Shown piece by piece: positions 59,877 to 64,000 of a stretch of 64,000 nt of DNA. This DNA comes from Alphaproteobacteria bacterium (lineage in GTDB: Bacteria; Pseudomonadota; Alphaproteobacteria; MPNO01), in assembly GCA_965200535.1 (NCBI GenBank), contig CBDAUF010000002.1, positions 1,794,107 through 1,858,106 of the forward strand, in the 5' to 3' direction. A model generated the notes under the pieces. The model worked only from the letters and a program-made list of their open reading frames with translations. It made no database searches and had not been told where the DNA came from. Within the stretch, counting starts at the first letter, position 1. Every line of letters begins with the position of its first letter. A program made the translations under genes and the position numbers.

Positions 59877-60682
59877 CCGGCCTCCCCCTCGCCGCTCCCG
59901 GCATCGGCGCCGCCATTGTCGGACCGCGCGCGGTGGTACTCCTTGCCGATGACGAACTCCTGCACCTTGGGATCGACCATCGCCTCCTCAGTCGGCGCGT
60001 CGCAGATAATCTCCCCCTGGGAGAACGCGAGCACCCGCGAGACATAACGCTCGACGATCTCCATATCGTGCTCGATGAACAGGACCGTCGTCTTCTCCTC
60101 CCGCAACGCCCGCATCAGGATATCCATGATGCCGAACTTCTCCTCGGCGCTGATGCCGCTGGTCGGCTCATCGAGCATCAGGAGCTTGGGTTTGCGCACC
60201 GTCGCCATCGCGATGTCGAGCAGCTTGCGCACCCCCTGCGGGAGGGCGTGGGCCGCAACGTCCCGGTAGTCGGCGATCTGGTAGCGGACGAGGTGATCCT
60301 CGACCCTGCTCGCCCGGTCCTTGCGCATCAGCGAGCCCAACAGGCCGAACCCGTCATGCTCGGCGATGCCGAAGGCGATCATGAGGTTGTCGAACACGGT
60401 CTCCGACAGGAAGACCTGCGGGACCTGGAACGAGCGGCAAAGCCCGAGCCGGGTGATCGCGCGAACCGACCGGCCGAGAATGTCGCGGCCCATGAACTCG
60501 ATCTTCCCGCCGGAGGGCGGCAGGTAACCGGTGACCATGTTGACGAACGTCGTCTTGCCGGCGCCGTTGGCGCCGATCACGCCGACCGTCTCTCCTTCCT
60601 CGATGGTCACGTTGATGTTGTGGGCCGCAACGACGGCGCCGAAGCTCTTCTCGAGCCCCTGAACGTTGAGTACGACTGACAT
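59873..60682 (-). CDS. livG: Branched-chain amino-acid ABC transporter ATP-binding protein
   Basis: GANGAGKTT, LPQGVRKLLDIAMA, MLDEPTSG. Confidence 0.85.
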   Translation of the reverse strand: MSVVLNVQGLEKSFGAVVAAHNINVTIEEGETVGVIGANGAGKTTFVNMVTGYLPPSGGKIEFMGRDILGRSVRAITRLGLCRSFQVPQVFLSETVFDNLMIAFGIAEHDGFGLLGSLMRKDRASRVEDHLVRYQIADYRDVAAHALPQGVRKLLDIAMATVRKPKLLMLDEPTSGISAEEKFGIMDILMRALREEKTTVLFIEHDMEIVERYVSRVLAFSQGEIICDAPTEEAMVDPKVQEFVIGKEYHRARSDNGGADAGSGEGEAG

Positions 60683-60688
60683 CGGCCG

Positions 60689-61675
60689 CTACGCCCTCTC
60701 CTCTTGTCCCGCGCGCCGGGCCTTCTCCGCACGGCTCTTGTTCCAGCGCTCGACCAGGGACCACAGCCCGTTGGGCAGGAACATGATGATGATCAGCAGC
60801 GTCCCGCCCATGATCAGCTGCCAGATCCCCGGGAACTGTTCGAAAGCGTAGGTGCGGATCAACTCGTAGATCAGGGCGCCGATGAAGGGCGCAACGACAT
60901 TGCCCGTGCCGCTCAGGATCGCGATGAACACGAAATCGCCCGAGATCGGCCAGTAGACCATCGAGTCGGGATCGACATGACCGATGGTCATCGCGGCGAT
61001 GGCGCCGCCAAAGCCCCCGACGAGCCCCGAAATCGTGTACTTGACGTGGATCGCCCGTTCCGCCGAATAGCCCAGATATTCGAGGCGGATCTCGTTCTCG
61101 CGCACCGCGGTGGTCATGTAGCCCAGTGTCGAGCGCAGGTAATGATGCACCGCCATCGCAACCACCCAGGTGAGGGCAGCGGCGAAGAAAAACAGTGTCG
61201 TCTTGTTGGCGGCGCCCTCGGGCGCAAACCCGAGATAGGTCTGCTGTTCGAGGCTGATGCCGTCGGTGGAACCCAGGCTCTCCAGCTTGGCGAGCACCCC
61301 GTAAAGGATCATCGAAAAGGCGAGGTTCAGGAGGGCGAAAAAGATTCCCCGGTAGCGTCTGAGCAGGAACCCGATGGACCATGCGAAGCCCCCCGCAACG
61401 ACGACCCCGCAGGCGACGGTAAGAAAAGCGTCGGTAATGCCGAGATACTTGATGATCAGCGCCACCGTATAGGCGCCGAAGCCGAAGAACAGGGCGTGCC
61501 CGAAGGAGATCAGCCCGCAGCGCCAGAGCACCAGCAGGCCGAGCGCGACCGACCCGCGCGCCAGCGAGAGCAGCAGGATCGTCCGAAACCATTCGGGCAC
61601 AAAAAAGTTGACGACGATCAACAGGGCCAGACTGATCGTCAGCGCCCAAGCCGTCCGGTCCATGAATTGCGTCAT
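60689..61675 (-). CDS. livM: Branched-chain amino-acid ABC transporter permease
   Basis: Start MTQFMDRTAWAL; polytopic. The 577-aa track ORF carries a non-coding Arg-rich N-terminal extension. Confidence 0.8.
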   Translation of the reverse strand: MTQFMDRTAWALTISLALLIVVNFFVPEWFRTILLLSLARGSVALGLLVLWRCGLISFGHALFFGFGAYTVALIIKYLGITDAFLTVACGVVVAGGFAWSIGFLLRRYRGIFFALLNLAFSMILYGVLAKLESLGSTDGISLEQQTYLGFAPEGAANKTTLFFFAAALTWVVAMAVHHYLRSTLGYMTTAVRENEIRLEYLGYSAERAIHVKYTISGLVGGFGGAIAAMTIGHVDPDSMVYWPISGDFVFIAILSGTGNVVAPFIGALIYELIRTYAFEQFPGIWQLIMGGTLLIIIMFLPNGLWSLVERWNKSRAEKARRAGQEERA

Positions 61676-62574
61676 ATCTTCCTCGCCTTCGGGGGGGCGA
61701 ACAGGCCTTGCGGCCGGACGATGAGGACGATCGCCATGATCATGTAGATGACGAACAGTTCCAGCACCGGCTCGAGATGCACCGCCGCCGCGCGGGCCAC
61801 GCCGACCACGAGGGAACCGATCAGCGCGCCGGGTATCGAGCCCATGCCGCCAATCACCACGACGGCGAAGGCAAGCACGATGACCTCCACCCCGATCCCC
61901 GGCTGCACCGAGATCGCCGGCGCCTGGTAGGCGCCGCCGAGCGCGCCGAGGAACGAACCGACGATGAAGGTCAACAGGAAGATCATCGTGACGTTGATCC
62001 CCATCGCCTGCGAAAGCTCGCGGTCGTAGATCACCGCCAGCAGCATCTTGCCGAACCGCGTCCGGTTGAGGCCGTACCACAGCACCCCGGCGACCAGAGC
62101 GGACAGGCCGATCATCGACAGGTTGTAATTGTCGAACGGCAAATCCGCGATGTCGGTCTGGCCGAGGAGCGCCAGCGGTTCGGCGGCAATATAGGGGTTG
62201 GTCCCCCAGATCAGCAGCAGAACGTCCTCGAGGACGAGGAAGGCGGCGAAAGTCGCCAGCACGATAATGTGCTCGTCTTCCGCATAGAGGAACCGGAGCA
62301 GTCCCCGTTCGATGATGATCCCGAACACGATCCCGAGGAAGATCGCCGTGAGCGCCATGATCACGAAGGCGCCGATGCCGGGCCAGCCTGTCTCGGCATA
62401 GAAGATCAGGATTGTCGCGCACAAATAGGCGCCGAACGCGTACAGCGACCCATGCGTGACGTTGAGGATTTTCTGCACGCCGCAGATCACCGTCAGCCCG
62501 ACGGAAACCATGAACAGGTAGGAGGCGTACACCAACCCGTCGATCAGGATGATGAGTAGAAGTTCGGTATCCAA
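61672..62574 (-). CDS. livH: Branched-chain amino-acid ABC transporter permease
   Basis: 300-aa polytopic protein; overlaps livM start. Confidence 0.85.
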   Translation of the reverse strand: MDTELLLIILIDGLVYASYLFMVSVGLTVICGVQKILNVTHGSLYAFGAYLCATILIFYAETGWPGIGAFVIMALTAIFLGIVFGIIIERGLLRFLYAEDEHIIVLATFAAFLVLEDVLLLIWGTNPYIAAEPLALLGQTDIADLPFDNYNLSMIGLSALVAGVLWYGLNRTRFGKMLLAVIYDRELSQAMGINVTMIFLLTFIVGSFLGALGGAYQAPAISVQPGIGVEVIVLAFAVVVIGGMGSIPGALIGSLVVGVARAAAVHLEPVLELFVIYMIMAIVLIVRPQGLFAPPKARKI

Positions 62575-62696
62575 CAGTCAGCTTCCGTCAGCCGAAAAGG
62601 TGTTCCGGCGAATTGCAGGCGGACAGGCGAATGGAAATCCGGGCGCCGTTCGCCGGCGCCCGGATCGTCCGTTGTCCGTTCAGGATCGGCGCACGC

Positions 62697-63995
62697 TCAG
62701 CCGCACTGCGCGCCCTTCATCCCGCCTTCGAGCCAGGGCACGGACTCGACGCCATTGGGCGGCATCACGCACTCGCCCTTGAAGACGACGACATCCTTGA
62801 CCACCATCTCGCCCTTCTTGTCGTCCCAGACGGTGATACCCCAGCGGTCTTCGGTGACGGCCTGGTGCCCGTCGCTGAGCGCCATCTTCACCTCGCCGGC
62901 GATCGACGTGAAGGTCGAACCAGCGAGCGCCTCGATAACCTGTTCGGTCGTCGGGAACTTGCCGCCGTTGGCCTTCTGCGCCTTGTCATAGGCGTACTTG
63001 GCGCCGAGGATTCCCTGCGCGAACTGATAGGCGGGCTGCGCCGGCGGCTCGCCGTAGGTCTTGCGGAATTCCTTCTGGAACCAGTTGTTGAGCGGCGTGT
63101 CGATCCCCACCGCATACATCCCGTACGGCCCTCTCGTTCCGATGAGCTGGCCTTCCGGGAACTTTTTGCCGAGCCGGTAGGCGACCGTCTCGCCGACCGT
63201 CAGGATGAAGGTCTTGCGCTTGAACAGCCCGCGCGCATTGGCCTGTGCGATGAAGGCTTCGAGATCGCCTCCCCAGAAACTCGAGTGGACGAGCTTCTGC
63301 TTGGCGCGGAGCAGCGCCGAGATTTCCGAACCGTACTGGCCGGAGAAGAGCTTGGGGAACTGCTGCTTCTTGGCCGGCTTGATATCCGGGGACAGCGTCT
63401 CCATCGCCAGATGGAAGTCGCGCCACGAATCCTGGCCCCAGGCGTAGTTCTGGTTGAGCCCGATATAGCCGTCCTTGGCCCGGTCCTTCAGCTTCATGGA
63501 AACATAGCGCGCGGCGCCCGTGTTGTTGCCGGTGCCGTGGCTCATGGTGCGGAACAGGTATTTCGGCTTCTTCACCAGCTCCTCGAAGACCCGCGGCGTG
63601 CCGCAGACCGTGAGCAATGTGAGAACCTTGACCTCTTCGGCGATACGCGACACCGCCGCGCACGTGCCGGAGGAGATATAGCCGACCACCAGGTCCACCC
63701 CGTCCTTCTGCACCTTGTTGCGCAGTTCGGTGACCTGCTTGGTGCCGCCGCCCGCCTCGTCGTAGATCAGGGGCTCGACCTTGCGCCCTGCGAACCCGAC
63801 CGAGTTGTAGGGAGCCGGAAGCTCGCCATTGTTGATCCCGCGGACGATGAGCTCTACGCCCTTCTTCGCCGGGATGCCGAACGCCGGGGCGCCGGCGCCG
63901 GTAAGGAATGTAGGAACACCCATCTTGACGGTCTGTGCGGATGCGGCGCCGGCGACCAGCGCCACGCCCGCCGCGGCCGCGAGCCCGACCGTCAT
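62697..63995 (-). CDS. livK: Periplasmic-binding-protein type-I ABC substrate-binding protein (Leu/Ile/Val-binding family; may bind a non-amino-acid ligand)
   Basis: Signal peptide MTVGLAAAAGVALVAGAASAQ; ~430 aa Liv-type SBP fold; the start may lie beyond the window end. Confidence 0.75.
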   Translation of the reverse strand: MTVGLAAAAGVALVAGAASAQTVKMGVPTFLTGAGAPAFGIPAKKGVELIVRGINNGELPAPYNSVGFAGRKVEPLIYDEAGGGTKQVTELRNKVQKDGVDLVVGYISSGTCAAVSRIAEEVKVLTLLTVCGTPRVFEELVKKPKYLFRTMSHGTGNNTGAARYVSMKLKDRAKDGYIGLNQNYAWGQDSWRDFHLAMETLSPDIKPAKKQQFPKLFSGQYGSEISALLRAKQKLVHSSFWGGDLEAFIAQANARGLFKRKTFILTVGETVAYRLGKKFPEGQLIGTRGPYGMYAVGIDTPLNNWFQKEFRKTYGEPPAQPAYQFAQGILGAKYAYDKAQKANGGKFPTTEQVIEALAGSTFTSIAGEVKMALSDGHQAVTEDRWGITVWDDKKGEMVVKDVVVFKGECVMPPNGVESVPWLEGGMKGAQCG

Positions 63996-64000
63996 CCTGC

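Overview
This is a high-GC (~65-68%) bacterial chromosomal segment, most likely alphaproteobacterial. The evidence for that is an aapJQMP general amino-acid ABC operon, the yqeY-dnaG-rpoD housekeeping block, and many TRAP transporters. Nearly every base is coding and many genes overlap by ATGA/GTGA stop-start coupling.

Content by position:
- 1-6.3 kb (minus): a translationally coupled CoA-dependent catabolic operon. It runs Asp/Glu/hydantoin-racemase-like, SCP-x-type thiolase, a DUF35 Zn-ribbon/OB-fold::SDR fusion, cyclase-family hydrolase, acyl-CoA ligase, and probably a TPP enzyme truncated at the window edge.
- 6.5-10.9 kb (plus): aapJQMP, divergent from that operon.
- 10.9-14.3 kb: M23 peptidase, enoyl-CoA hydratase, MBL-fold hydrolase.
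- 14.5-18.6 kb and 46.6-50.9 kb: two paralogous Rieske oxygenases, each tied to a TRAP transporter. A third VanA-like Rieske oxygenase sits at 39.4-40.5 kb.
- 18.9 kb: tRNA(CAU), followed by a LysM protein.
- 20.5-23.9 kb: an Old-Yellow-Enzyme flavoprotein co-operonic with dctQM and no dctP.
- 24.1-29.2 kb: rpoD, dnaG, yqeY, greA.
- 29.2-31.9 kb: amidase/isochorismatase-family/SDR operon.
- 32.2-35.0 kb: quinone oxidoreductase and an alkylsulfatase.
- 35.2-38.2 kb: proXWV-type betaine ABC importer behind an AT-rich leader.
- 38.2-42.8 kb: CaiB-family CoA-transferase, VanA-like oxygenase, SnoaL-like protein and a second acyl-CoA ligase.
- 42.8-45.5 kb: psuG and an orphan family-5 SBP.
- 50.9-64 kb (all minus): livKHMGF, an amidohydrolase-2 (LigI/LigW-like), dppBCDF with no SBP, an RraA-like aldolase, a LigB-type extradiol dioxygenase and an FAD phenol monooxygenase.

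No CRISPR array, integrase, transposase or defence-system gene is recognisable. No transcription-factor gene is recognisable in the whole 64 kb. The most unusual items are the DUF35::SDR fusion (whose SDR catalytic YxxxK is YxxxQ) inside the thiolase/ligase operon, the three reductase-less Rieske oxygenases wired to TRAP transporters, and the peptide-type ABC importer embedded in a ring-cleavage operon. All functional calls are from reading the translated ORFs; no database search was run.
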